Assembly (NCBI RefSeq): GCF_009914755.1
Contig: NC_060937.1
From: the human T2T-CHM13v2.0 reference genome, Homo sapiens
Reading direction: 5' to 3' (one strand)
DNA length: 64,000 nt
The notes under the pieces were generated by a model. It was not told the DNA's origin, did no database searches, and was given only the letters and a program-made list of their open reading frames with translations. This document shows positions 41,748 through 56,061 of the stretch, in pieces (position 1 is the first letter of the stretch; every line of letters begins with the position of its first letter). Position numbers and translations under genes: made by a program.

Positions 41748-44700
41748 AGTTGCTATGCTGGCAACCCCACCCACCTCTCTGCCCACCAGGGCCCCACCCC
41801 GGCTACTGCCGGCACAAGTTCAAGCAGGGACATTGGCAACCCTGCCCCCACTTGTGTCCTGCTGCCAGCCTGAACACATGCAGGAATGCAGCAGCCCCAT
41901 TTCTGCCAGGACCCTGCCCCAGCCGACATGCATGCACCCTGTGGCACTGCTACAGCTGCTGGCACACACAAGCAAGCACAGATCCCACTGCTATTGCCCC
42001 AGCGAAGTGCTTTGGCCAGCACCACCCATGAGAGTGTTGTGACCAGTGAACTGGGAATATCTCAGCCCCTCCAGTGCAGCAGGTTCCTAACCTTAAGGGG
42101 CCAGAGACCAAAACCAGGTTCCCAGTACCAGCCCTTCAGAGTTAGAGTATGCAGAACTGGAGTGCTGAGCTGAGCCTTGGCCCCCTAAAATTTTCCAGAA
42201 ATGAACCCCATTGACTGATACCACCATCAAACCCCCAAGGGCATCCAGGAAGATAAAATTAAAAAAAAATCATCTGAAGGACAGCTACATCAAAGACTGA
42301 AGGAACATCAGCCCACACAAATGAGAAAGAACCAGTGCAATAACTCTGGCAACTCAAAAAGCCAGTCTCTTTTTTCCTTTAAACAACCACATCAGTCCCC
42401 AAGCAATGGTTCTTAACTAGGCTGAAATGGCGGAAATGACAGAAGTAGAATTCAGAATATGGATAGGAATAAAGATCATCGACATTCAGGAGAAAGTCAA
42501 AACCCAATCCAAGGAATTTAAGGAATACAGTAAAACAATACAGGAAATAAAAGACAAAATGGCCATTTTAAGAAAGAACCAAACTGATCTGCTCGATCAG
42601 AAAAAAACTCACTTCAAGATCTTCATAATACAATTGCAAGTATTAATAGAAGAATCAACCAAGCTGAGGAAAGAATCTCAGAGCTCAAAGACTGGTTCTC
42701 CAAAATAACTCAGTCAGACAAAAATAAAGAATAAACAATAAAGAAGAATAAATGAAACCTCCAAAAAATATGGGATTATGTAAAGAGGCCAAATCTATGA
42801 CTCACTGGCATCCCTAACAGAGAGGGAGACAAAGCAAGCAACTTGAAAAATTTATGTGACGATATCATCCATGAAAATGTCTCCAACCTGTCTAGAAAGG
42901 CCAATTTTCAAATTCAGGAAATACAGAGAACCCCTATGAGATACTATAAAAGAAGATCATCCCTAAGACTTACAGTCAACAGATTCTCCAAGGTCAAAAT
43001 GAAAGAAAAAATATTAAAGGCAGGTAGAGAGAAGGAGTAGGCTACCTACAAAAGGAACCCCATCAAGCTAGCAGTGGACCTTTCAGCAGAAACCCTACAA
43101 ACCAGAAGAGATTGGGGGCCTACCATCAGCATTTTTAAAGAAAAGAAATTGCAACCAAGAATTTCATATCTGGCCAAACTAAACTTCATAAGCAGAGAAG
43201 AAATTAGAACCCTTTCAGACAAGCAAATGCTAAGGGAACACCAGATTTGCTTCAAGAGAGTTCCTTAAGGGAGTGTTAAATATGGAAAGACCATTAGTGG
43301 CCACCACAAAAACACACTGAAGTACATAGAACATTAACACTATAAATCCACCACACAATCAAGTCTGCGGAATAACCAGCTAATGACATGATGACAGGAC
43401 CAAACCTACATATATCAATATTAACTTTGAATGTAAACAGGGTAAATGCTTCCAATTAAAAGGCACAGAATGGCAAGTTGGATAAAGAAGCAAGACTCAA
43501 GTGTATGCTATCTTTTATAGGCCCACCTCACATGCAATGACACCCATAGGCTCAAAGTAAAGGGAGGGAGGAAAATCTACCAAGAAAAGAAAACAGGAAA
43601 AAAAGCAGGGGATGCTATCTTAATTTCAGATAAAACAGACTTTAAACCCACAATGATAAAAAAAAGAAAAAAGACAAAGAAGGGCATTACATAATGGCTA
43701 AGGGTTCAATTCAACAAGAAGACCTAAATATACTAAATATGTATTCACCCAACACAGGAGCACCCAGATTCATAAAGCAAGTTCTTAGAGACCTATGAAG
43801 AGACTTAGATAACCACACAATAATAGTGGGAGATTTCAGCACCCCACTGAGAGTATTAGACAGATCACTGAGGCAGAAAACTAACAAAGATAGTTGGGAC
43901 CTGAACTTGACATTTGACAGAATGGGCCTAACAGACATCTGGAGAACTCTCCACCTAAAAACAATAGAATATACATTTTTCTTGTCTGCCCATAACGCAT
44001 ACTCTAAAATTGACCACACAATCGGCCATTAAACAATCCTCAGCAAATTCAAAGAACCAGAATCACACCAAACACACTCTTGAACCACAGCACAATAAAA
44101 ATAAAAACCAATACTAAGAAAATTTCTCAAAACCATACGGTTATATAAAAATTAAACAACCTGCTACTGAATGACTTTTGGGTAAACAATGAAATTAAGA
44201 TGGAAATCAAGAAATTATTTTAAGTTAATGAGAATAAAGATACAACATTCCAGGATCCCTGGAACAGAGCTGAAGCAGTGTTAAGAGAGAAGTTTACATC
44301 ACTGAACACTCACATCAAAAAAAGTTAGAAAGATCTCAAATTAACAACCCAACATCACACCAAGAGGAACTAGAAAAAACAGAGCAAACCAATCCCAAAG
44401 GTAGCAAAGGACAAGAAATAACCCAAATGAGAGCTAAACTGAAGGAAATTGAGATGTGAGAAACTATACAAAAGATCAATGAATTCAGGAGTTGGTTTTT
44501 TTGAAAGAATATATAAGGCTGGTAGATCACTAGCTATACTAATAAAGAGAAAAAGAGAGATGATCCAAATAAACACAATCAGAAATAACAAAGGGGACAT
44601 TACCTCCGACCTCACAGAAATGCAAAAACCCCTCAGAGACCATTCTGACACCTCTATGCACACAACCCAGAAAATCTAGAAGAAATGGAAAAATTCCTGG

Positions 44701-47510
44701 AAACACAACTTCCCAAGGTTGACCAGGAAGAAATTAAATCTCTGAAGAGGCCAATAATGAGTTCTGAAATTGAATCAGTAACGAAAAGCCTACCAACAAA
44801 TAAAAGCCCAGGACCAAATAGATTCACAGCTGAATTCTACCAGATATCTACCCAAACTTACCTGATATGGGTTATTTCTTATTCAGAAGAGCTGGTACCA
44901 TTCCTGCTGAAACTATTCCCAAAAATTCAGGTGGAGGGGCTCTTCTCTAATTCATTCTATAAGGCCAGCATCACCCTGTTACCCAAACCTGGCAGAGACA
45001 CAACAATAAAAGAGAGTTTAAAACAGAAAACTTCAGGCCAATATCCTTGAGAAACATAGATGCAAAAATCCTTAACAAAATACTAGCAGACTGAACCCAG
45101 CAACATAGGAAAATGCTAATTCATCACAATGAATTAGGCTTTATCCCTGGGAAGCAAAGTTGATTCAACATATGCAAATCAATAAATGTGATTCATCACA
45201 TGAACAGAACTATAGACAAAAACCACATGATCAACTCAATAGATGCAGAAAAGGCTTTCAGTAAAATTGAGCATCTCTTTATGTTAAAAAAGACCTTAAC
45301 AAACTAGGCATTGAAGGAATATACCTCAAAATAATAAGAACCATCTATGACAAACCCACAGCCAACATTATACTGAATGGGAAAAACTTGGCAGCATTCT
45401 CCTTGAGAATCAAATCAAGACATGGATGCTTTCTCTCACCTTCCCTATTCAACATAGTACTGGAAGTTCTAGGCAGAGGAATCAGGCAAGAGAAAGAAAT
45501 AAAAGACATCCAAACAGGAAGAAAGTCCAATTATCTCTGTTTGCAGACAATATGATTTTATACCTAGAAAAACCTCATAGTCTCTACCCAAAAGCTCCTA
45601 TATCTGATCAATAACTTCAATAAAGTTTCAGGGTACAAAATCAGTGTTTACAAATCAGTAGTGTTTCTACACATCAACAACATTCAAACTGAGAGTCAAA
45701 TCAAGAACACAATTCCATTCACAATAGCCACAGAAAGAATAAAGTGCCTAGGAGACAGCTAACCAGGGAGGTGAAAAATCTCTACAACAAAAATTACAAA
45801 ACATTGTTCAAAGAAATCAGAGATGACACAAATGGAAAAACATTCCATGTTCATACACAGGAATAATCAATACTGTTAAAATGGCCATACTACCTGAAGC
45901 AATTTACAGATTCAATGCTATTCCTTTCAAACTACCAATGACATTATTCACAGAATTAGAAAAACTATTTTAATAAGTTTGGTTCCATATGAAAATAGTT
46001 TTTAATATGGAAAACTATTTCATAGGGAAAAACTATTTTCATATGAAACCAAAAAAGAGCCCGAATACCCAAGGCAATTCTAAGCAAAAAGAACAAAGCT
46101 GGGGGCATCGTGTTACCCAACTTTAAACTATACTCAGGCTACAGTAACTGAAACAATATGATACTGGTACAAAGACAGACACATAGACCAATGGAACAGA
46201 ATAGAGTCCAGAAATAAAAGCACACACCTACAACCATCTGATCTTTAACAAAGTCAACAAAAACAAGCAATGTGAAAAGGACTCGCTATGCGATAAATGG
46301 TGCTGGAATAACTGACCAACCATATGCAGACGACTGAAACTGGACCTCTTCCTTACACCATACACAAAAAACAACTCAAGATGAATTAAAGACATTTAAA
46401 ACTTAAAACTATAAAAACCCTGAAAGATAACCTGGAAAATACCATTCCAGACATAGGCTCGGGCAAAGATTTCATGATAAAGATGCCAAAAGCAAGTGCA
46501 ACAAAAACAAAAATTGATAAATGGACCTAATCAAACTAAGGAGCTTCCACACAGCAAAAGAAACTATCAACAGAGGAAACAGATAACCCATAGAATGGGA
46601 GAAAATACTTGCCAACTATGCATCTTACATAGGTCTAATATCCAGAATCTATAAGGAATTAAACAAAGTAACAAGCAAAAAATAAACAACCCCATTAAAC
46701 AGGGGGCAAAGGACATGAATAGACACTTTTCAAAAGAAGACATACAAGTGGTCAACAAGCATATGAAAAATGCTCAGCATCACAAATCGTTAGAAAAATG
46801 CAAATCAAAACCACAATGAGATATCAAGTCACACCAGTCAGAATGGCTATTATTAAAAAGACAAAAAATAACAGATGCTGGCAATGTTGCAGAGAAATAG
46901 TTAACACTTAAACACTGCTAGTGGGAATGTAAGTTAGTCCAGCCATTGTGGAAAGCAGTGTGGTGATTTCTCAAAGAACTTAAGAACTACCATACGACCC
47001 AGCAATCCCATTATTGGGCATATACCCAAAGGAATATAAATTATTGTGCCGTAAAAGACATGCATGTGTATGTTCATTGCAGCACTATTTACGATAGCAA
47101 AGATATGAAATCAACCTAAGTGCCCATCAATGGTAAACTGGATAAAGAAAATATGGCACATATACACCATAGAATACTACACAGCCATAAAAAGAATAAA
47201 ATCATGTTGTTTGCAGCAACATGAATGGAGCTGAAAGTCATTATCCTAAGTGAACTAAAGCAGGAATAGAAAAAACAAATACCACATGTTCTTACTTATA
47301 AGTGGGAGCTAAACATTGAGTATATGTGGACACGTGTACTGGAAGGTGGAGTGTGGGGGGAGGGAGAGGATGGAAAAAGCTACCTATTGAGTACTATGCT
47401 TATTATCTGGATGATGAAATAACCTGTACGCAAGACCCCTGTGACACACAATTTACCTTATAACAAATCTGCACATGTACCCCTGAACCTAAAATAAAAA
47501 TTAAAAAAAA
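41748..47510 (+). mobile_element. Near-full-length decayed L1 (late L1PA/L1PB-type)
   Basis: GC-rich 5' region, ORF1 remnants (DLSAETLQ..RDWGP), ORF2 EN (GDFSTPL) and RT remnants, 3'UTR and A-tail. Confidence 0.95.
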
Positions 47511-50500
47511 TGAATTTCTCTTCCTCCCTATAGTAGATATTGTGAGAGATACAAAGGTCAATAAAATAGGATTGCTGCTTTCAAGACACTGTTATCTCGG
47601 AAGGAAGAACTAAATAAGTGCACAAATAACTCTAGGACCTCTGTCATGTACCCGGAGTGGACACAAATCAGTGATACTTTAAAATTACACTCCACAATTC
47701 CAATTTTTCATGCTGAATCCATGTCTATTGTTAATTACAACTCTTTAAAAATGCAACAAATGCTTTAATTCTTTGAGATAAACTGCAGTCATACTCGGTG
47801 TCCAGCCCCGAGCTGTGTCTGAATAATTTTGTTGCCCATATTTTGTGCCTCCAGGGCTGGGTGTGGCCAACAGCCACAGATGTTACACAGGATCAGCTGT
47901 GGGGGAGGAGGGAGGGCAGGGGGTGGATGGGGAGGGGAGGGGGCAGGAAGGAGAGGTCAGAGAGCGCTAAGCAGGAAGGAGAATGGTGGGAAAGTAGACT
48001 GGGAAGAACAGGGAAACTTTGGGCTTCCTCAGAGGTGAAGGCAGGCCCATGAAGAAGGAAGACAAAGAGCTCCATGAAGGTCCCTGTTACCAGAGCTGTT
48101 GTTTGGGGCCAACTCTATAATGAGCACTTTGAAGCTTTGGTCAGATCACTTCAGGCTGCCTTCCTCTCAGCTAAATGTTCAAGAGAAAGTATACAATTCC
48201 CTTTCCTTTTTATCTCCACAATTTGTATTTCCATGGGGCTTGGAACTTTTAACAAGTCAACACATCCTTCTCCTTCAAAAGACTTAGTTACTGAAATCTG
48301 TAGTCCCATCTCCTAAGAGGCATTAGATATCTTTGTATTAAGTTTTATTTTTACATTCAGGAAAATAACTCCTTGGTTTTCAAATAATTTTATTTACTAT
48401 CATGCACCAAGTAGTTTATTTTAGAATCCTGGGATCTTTCAGGTAAAAAGCCCAAAGAACTGATAGATAATTAAATGGCAGCTTGGGTTCTTGCTGTTGT
48501 TAATGTGAGTATTATCTGTAATATTACTATTGGTAACAAATATAGCCTTCCTTCAAAGCGATGAAGAGATGAGAAACTGTTTTACTGTGAAAGTCCTTCT
48601 GATGCACTAGAAAGACAGTAGCAAGGTTTTAAAAGGGGCAACTAGGATATTTTTAAATATAGGGTTTCTTCCCCTCTCAAACTATAAAGTAGTGTTTTAG
48701 CCATGGTGGTAATTTCATACAATGAATAAAAATTAAAACCCACTAATATATCTGAAAATACAACTTACTAAATTTTACTGACTGGTAAATTATAGACTGT
48801 ATTGAGTCACTATGATAAATGCTAATGGAACATGGAAAGAAAAATGCTGTTTTCCCATTGGCTGGGTGACTGGTCTTTAACTGCTGGGGAAGACCAGCTC
48901 AGTAAACAGGAAATCATCTCCATGGCAACAGGCCATTCAACCTAACTTTTTAATACATGAAGAGGTAATTACTTTATTTTTTATTTCCATTTTTATAATT
49001 TTCACAGTTTATAATAGCAGTGAGGACCTGTCGGTCAGGCATTTCCTGGCTGTTAATAACAGGCTGATTTAAGGTCACGAATGCTTAAACATTGTGCCAA
49101 TTTTTTTTTTTTTTAATGAAAAGAGAACTGTGATTTTTTTCCCTTCCTGAAGTCTGTAGCACAAATAAATGACAGAATTTTATGTTCACACACATGGTGT
49201 TTTGATTTCCTGCAGATGATAACATCAGAGACATGACTGAGAACCATTGGGGGTGTTGGGGGTAGGGAGTGGGACACCACAGAAAAGTCACAGCTGGGTT
49301 CCTGGGGATGGTAGGATGAAAAACAAACCCGGGGGATTGAGAGAGAAAGACTGAGTGCCCTGCAGGAAAGAATTCAGAAGGAGATGCACAGCCTCAGAGC
49401 CCAGTGTATGTTCTGTGGAGACGGTGATCAGTGAAGGGTTCTTTCTGAATGTACCACAGGGGCAGGAGGCCTGGGAAGTTTCCCTGGCACTGGGCCAACC
49501 TGAAACACCCAGGATATAATGTCTCCCCTACTAGGTAGGTAACCTTAGTGATCTATGCATTGAAGCATCTCAAGCCAGCCTGCAGTTATGTACTGTCTTA
49601 GGAACAAGAGGAGAAGACTGAGTGAAGTCATTACCTAAGGCAGCAGAACCCATAGCACAGCCATGCTCTGAAGGAGAGGCAGGGCCCAGGCAGGGGCACA
49701 GTGCTCACAGCAGCCGGTGGGCAATTTTCAATCCAGCTCTTCAGTCTGTTCCCCAGCTTTGAGTACTTAAAGGGAAGATGGTACAAGAAGGGTGTGGCAA
49801 CCCTCTTCAGCTACTTTGCTCATAATACAATCCTATTTCACTATCATTGTGTAGACATCCAACATGAAAAAGAGAAGACAGGAGAAAAATCTCTGACAGC
49901 CACACTCGTAGCCAACAGAGCACTAGGAAGTTACCACATTGCCATCAGGCCCCAGAGAAGCAAAGGGAAGAGAGCAGCTGCAGAGAATAGAAAGAAGGGA
50001 GGCACGGTGATTTGCCAGATATCCCAATGCAAACCCAAGAAGGCCCTTGAAACGAAGGGAGGGATGGTATCTATGAGAAGAACAGGATGAATCCTGCAGA
50101 CAACGGAGCTGTGAACAGCTCAGGCACAGAGACTCGAGAATCCCGGAGATGCCCAGTGAAAACTGTGTCTCCCTGACAAATACTGGTATTTTGATGACTG
50201 CATAGTTGGAGATATAATAATTATCAAGTTTTATTTTTAAAAAACACTGAAGTTTATTTTACATTTTTAAAGCTATATTATTAGCACACAGAACCCACCA
50301 AAGTTGGAGAAAGGATAGATGCCACCAACAGGCTGACTCAGGAGCTGAGCTAAAATGCAGGGACATAGACTTTGGCCTTGGAGTACCCGAGAGGATTCCT
50401 CCTGGACTCCTTTTGCAGGGATTTTGTGATCATTACCCTCCTCAGCCACATTGACACGGGATGAGGGGTCACTAAAGTTAATTATTTCTTTCCCTTGCCT

Positions 50501-51650
50501 TTCTGTCATTGCAGATTTTATTACCTTAAAATCTGAGATACCAAGATCTGCTCCTCCACCCACCATCCCAAATCAGGCATCTGGACCTTCCAGTGTCATC
50601 GTTAAGATGGCCTCACACACAGGGACCAGAATTCCTCTTCTCAGATTAGGGCTGCTCAGATTTGGAATCCTGTTGCTTTTCTTCTATTTCCTCGAAGTCA
50701 GGGTCAGCTTGGGAAAAGCTGTCAAACAAAGTACTAAATGTGGGTGTGTCCATCCTCCTTCTAAAACTTCCTACCTAAACTATGAGAGGAGGACACGTTT
50801 GGATTTTACCATGCCTTAGTATTTTCAGCATCCTTTGGAAGAGTTTCATACTGTTACGCCTTGTCATCCATGTCATGCCTAAATTACCATAAGCATTAAT
50901 AAAAATAATCCTTAATAGAGTTGAAAAGAATGAAGCAGAAATGTGTCTTCTGAATGGCAAGCACTGTGCTAATGAAACAGGCATTTTCTTCAGCCACAGG
51001 AGCTTAGGAGAGGCAAATTAAGCATTGTGCCCTGCTCTCCAGCTGACTTGCAAAATATTCTTTCCAACCCCAGCCCTTCTAATCTGGGAGGAAGAGGAAT
51101 CCCGATAATATCTCACAATCCCTCATCTTCCCAGGAGTGCCTCCCAGTTGTCAATATAGGCAGCTGCCTCATTGGGGACCCTCGTGCACTCATATATTGA
51201 TGGCAAATGCTTCTTTCTTGTGTGGTGGTTCGTGGCAAGACCAATCTCATTACTGAAGCCTCCTGGTAGAGTAAGATTTCTCCCTTGTTGTGTTGTGAAT
51301 CAGGTCGATTTTTATAACCTAGACTGAAAGCTCAGTGAGGCTAGATACCATATCTACCTTGTTTTCTGATGCCATTTCAATGTCACATACCTACTAGGCA
51401 CTCAGTATTTTTGAATACCTGGAATTCACTCTAGATGCAGCCTGCACAGGTCCCAGGAAATTCATTTGCTTCTTTCTCCCAGGCTGCTTCAAATCCACAC
51501 TCCTCCAGTTAGCTTCTCTCAGAAGATTCATTCCCCAACACCAAAAAAGAGGATTAAATAATATGTATTCTTTCGCTCACTTTTGTGGCATGCCATCCAC
51601 ACAAAAACTCCTGTAAAGTCACCACTGTCATTCCAGAATACTTCCATTAA

Positions 51651-51983
<333 letters not shown>

Positions 51984-53299
51984 CACTCTTTTCATTTCTT
52001 AACCAAGGTATTTCAATATCTGTCCTTGCCTGTATTACATGGGTCGCAGCTTCAACATGAAACTAAACTGTGATTGAAGTAACCATTGAGATACAGATTG
52101 GATTTCAGTCTTTCAAAAAAAAAAAAAACCTGTCACTCTAGTAACAGATTTCCTGGTTCCCTGATCTTGTGTCCTGTGTGTCTTCAACAGCTGTGGGCAT
52201 CTCTAAAGTAAGTCACAAGCTCAAACTGTGTCTGTGGTTTGAGGCTAATGGGTATGAATGGATTTGCACCATACCTAGTATGTAGCCTCATTTTCTACTC
52301 TCAGATCCTCTTAGATTCCCAATAAGTAACATCAAATACTGCCTCAAGTAGTTTGGCATAGATGGGGATGCCCTACATAGAGGAGGTCATTCTAGATTGA
52401 AAAGAAAATTTAAGAAGGCAAGAAGCTAGATAAGTTGTGATCAGGGTTGGCATTCACTGAAGGAGCTATTACAGGAGACAGTAAAATGTGATGCTGGACA
52501 TCAGATTCTGTCTGCAGTAAGAGGATAGCAGAGCTAATAGGGACTCACTCCAGAAGACACAGAGAAGTACTCCAAGGGCATCAGACTTCTGACATCCAGT
52601 GTGAAAGTGGGGTCAGAAGGCAGAGGATGGAACCAGGTTTCAAGCAGAAGTCAGATCTATCACAGGAGACCCAGAGGGGATTTCCTGGGTGGTTTGCTTG
52701 GTGATTCAGTCAGCTTTAATTGCCTTTCCTCCTTGGGGCTACTTGAGTAGCTTGAAGGCTCTGCTGAATCTGATGAAGACACAACAGAAGCATCAGGGTG
52801 ACCTTAAGCAGGGCCTGTCCTTGGAAAGTGCGCCAGGCAAGTAAACCTGCCGGCATGTGGGAAAAGATTCACACCAAGACATATGGCTGGAGGAGGCCTG
52901 GAGGGAAGAGGAATCATGGGGCGGATCTGGGACTAGACATGGGGGCCACTGGAGGACAACTGTAGACTTTACAATTAATGCAATACTTACTTATTAAATA
53001 CCTACAGCCAGCAGAGACCTGGACAGAGGAAGGCTCTGACAGGGTGATTAAAGAGGCTGGACTAGGCAGTAGACTGTAGGAAGGAACAGGTGGAAGGTAG
53101 GGGCAGGAGCAGGTTTGGGGAGATATGAAGCCTAAATCTCCCCCAGACCCCAGTCAAACAGACACAGTTACAAACCAAGCAAGAGTCAGGGTCTGCACAT
53201 CCCCTTTACTTCTCTACTTTGTTTAATTCATGTCCTTCCAAAGGTGGGGTAATACAAGAGTCTCCATGGTTTTCATCAAATCTTCCACACACTCACTTC

Positions 53300-54260
53300 A
53301 TTCACTCACTTTTTTCTTCATTTGACACATATTTATTGACCACCTACTAACCTCTAGGCACTGTGTTAGGTACTAAGGATACATCGATACTTAAGACAGA
53401 CACAGTCTCTACAATCGTGGAACATATTGTCTAGAGCACATGCCAACAAACACTTTTCTGTAAAGGGACAGATAGTAAATATTTCAGTGGCTCCGAGTAG
53501 TCAACTCTGCCACTGCAGTGTAAAAGAAGCCAGAGAGAGAAAGTAAATGAGTGGGCATGCTGTGTGCCAGTGAAACTTTATTTACAAAAACAGGTGTCGG
53601 CCCATATTTGGCCTGAGGGTCATAGTTTCCTGACCCCTGGTCTAGAAGGGAAGTCTCTAAGTATATAATTGTGAGCATGCTGACTGTTTTGAGAGGGGAA
53701 GAATGATAGGAGAACAGAGAGTAAGGGGCCCTAAATTGCTGAGAAGTTGAGACCTGAGGATGTGGTGTTTAAGCCGAAATATAAAGGTTCCATAATAATA
53801 ATTAGGTTGGATGGGTACTTGGGAGTTGAAAGGGCAAAGAATATTCTAGGGAGAGGGACATACATGGAAAAATGCCCAGGCATAACAGAGAGCAGGGGAA
53901 ACACTCAGCTCAGCTAGAAGGAGGAATGGAATATGGAAACGTGAGAGATGAGACTGCAGATGTGTGCAAGGGGCCAACCACAGAGGGCCTGGTAAGTCAG
54001 GTTAAGAAGTTTAGACTTTTCCTAACCTAAAATAATGGGAAGCTGTTAATGGGTTTTAAACACTGAAGTGGCATGCTCACATTTGTGTGTTTGAAAGCCC
54101 CCTCCAGTGTGGGATGGAGTACAGATCAAAGTTATCAAATCAGTAGTCCGCTAGAAAGCTGAAGCCAGTCCACAGAAAAGATGATGATGGTCTGAGGATT
54201 GTGGTGGCAGAAATGATAGGGAGAAGTGGTTGAGCTTTACAACTAGTTGGGAAGTAGTCC
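53300..54260 (-). mobile_element. L2 3' region
   Basis: tcatttgacacatatttattgaccacctact...ggcactgtgttaggtactaaggatac followed by purine-rich L2 body. Confidence 0.8.
53437..53639 (-). mobile_element. MER58A hAT-Charlie MITE inserted in L2
   Basis: ttttctgtaaagggacagatagtaaatattt...tgacccctg; 8-bp TSD gtctaga(g/a) at 53429 and 53640. Confidence 0.9.
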
Positions 54261-55202
54261 TGGAGCAGGCAGCAAGCTCAAAAGTCTCTATCTAGGTTGG
54301 AGTCTTCATTTTACCACTTTTTGCTTTGTGGAAGAGGAAGAAACTTTGATAGGAGAGGGATACAGTCAAGGAGGGCAGGAGGTAATTGTGGGAGGGCAGG
54401 TGTGGGAGCAGGGTGAAAAGGCAGTTTGCATTTAAGGGGAGCATCTCCTCCATCCCCTCACTTCCAGCACACAAGAATGTGTAGAGTAGACTTTCTGGAT
54501 AGGTTGAATGGTCTCTGTGAAATAAAGGCTCTTGTTCGTGCATAGTTAAACTGGTGTTGATAAATGGATTCCTTCTATCTAATACTTCTGTACATTTTGA
54601 TGACCTTCCTCTGAATGTGATAGGCAAGAGTATACCCGTTGGTTGCTCAAAAATACCAATTACCTGATTTGATATTCTGTAATATCTAACAGACAACAGA
54701 ACTTTCTTTCTAAGCACTCTCAAAGACGGCTTCAGAGACAGACAGATAATCCATTGTCATTTCAAAATATTTTAAAGATCTTTGAAAGGGATAGGTAATT
54801 TCAAAATGTCTGGAAATTTTAATGTTAGGAAATGCTAGAGGCCAAGCTGTTGCAGTTCCACTAAGGATTAAGTTGAATTTTATCTTGGTAATTAGGCACG
54901 TCTCAAGGGGAAGGGGAAAAAGAAACCAAAACCAAAACCAAAACTCAGCAAATCTCTCTACCTATGACAAAAAAAATCAGTTACCTGATAATCATTTTAT
55001 TTCAGGAAAACAATAGGTGCTGTTGCTAACAGAGTAGGTGAGTAGTTAAAGGAAGATTCCTGGGAAAAGCCTCTCCCACTGGAGCATCCAGTGAAGGTAT
55101 GCAAAGCGGAATAAAATCAAAGCCAGTGAGTTTTCCACTCTGCAGAACAGAATCCTATCTGAAGGGTGAATGCTAAGATTACCCAGGTCAGTCTGCCTCT
55201 TT

Positions 55203-56061
55203 TTTTTTTTCCCTTGGTCCTCTTGTTTTATTTATTTATTTATTTATTTATTTTTATTTATTTATTTTTTTATTATACTTTAAGTTTTAGGGTACATGTG
55301 CACATTGTGCAGGTTAGTTACATATGTATACATGTGCCATGCTGGTGCGCTGCACCCACTAACTCGTCATCTAGCATTAGGTGTATCTCCCAGTGCTATC
55401 CCTCCCCCCTACCCCCACCCCACCACAGTCCCCAGAGTGTGATGTTCCCCTTCCTGTGTCCATGTGATCTCATTGTTCAATTCCCACCTATTAGTGAGAA
55501 TATGCCATGTTTGGTTTTTTGTTCTTGCGTTCTTGCGATAGTTTACTGAGAATGATGATTTCCAATTTCATCCATGTCCCTACAAAGGACACGATCTCAT
55601 CATTTTTTATGGCTGCATAGTATTCCATGGTGTATATGTGCCACATTTTCTGAATCCAGTCTATCATTGTTGGACATTTGGGTTGGTTCCAAGTCTTTGC
55701 TATTGTGAATAATGCCGCAATAAACATACGTGTGCATGTGTCTTTATAGCAGCATGATTTATAGTCCTTTGGGTATATACCCAGTAATGGGATGGCTGGG
55801 TCAAATGGTATTTCTAGTTCTAGATCCCTGAGGAATCGCCACACTGACTTCCACAATGGTTGAACTAGTTTACAGTCCCACCAACAGTGTAAAAGTGTTC
55901 CTATTTCTCCACATCCTCTCCAGCACCTGTTGTTTCCTGACTTTTTAATGATTGCCATTCTAACTGGTGTGAGATGGTATCTCATTGTGGTTTTGATTTG
56001 CATTTCTCTGATGGCCAGTGATGATGAGCATTTTTTCATGTGTTTCTTGGCTGCATAAATG
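55203..56061 (-). mobile_element. Young 5'-truncated L1PA2-type insertion
   Basis: ORF 55491-56039 closely matches the L1 ORF2 C-terminus; 3'UTR reads gatgacGAGttagtgggtgcagcgcaccagc (non-Ta); TSD tgcctcttt at 55194 and 56060. Confidence 0.95.

Noticed and set aside
54292-54723. 143-aa minus-strand ORF in unique sequence
   Set aside because: No recognisable domain, convincing splice pair or phase-compatible neighbours; compatible with chance.
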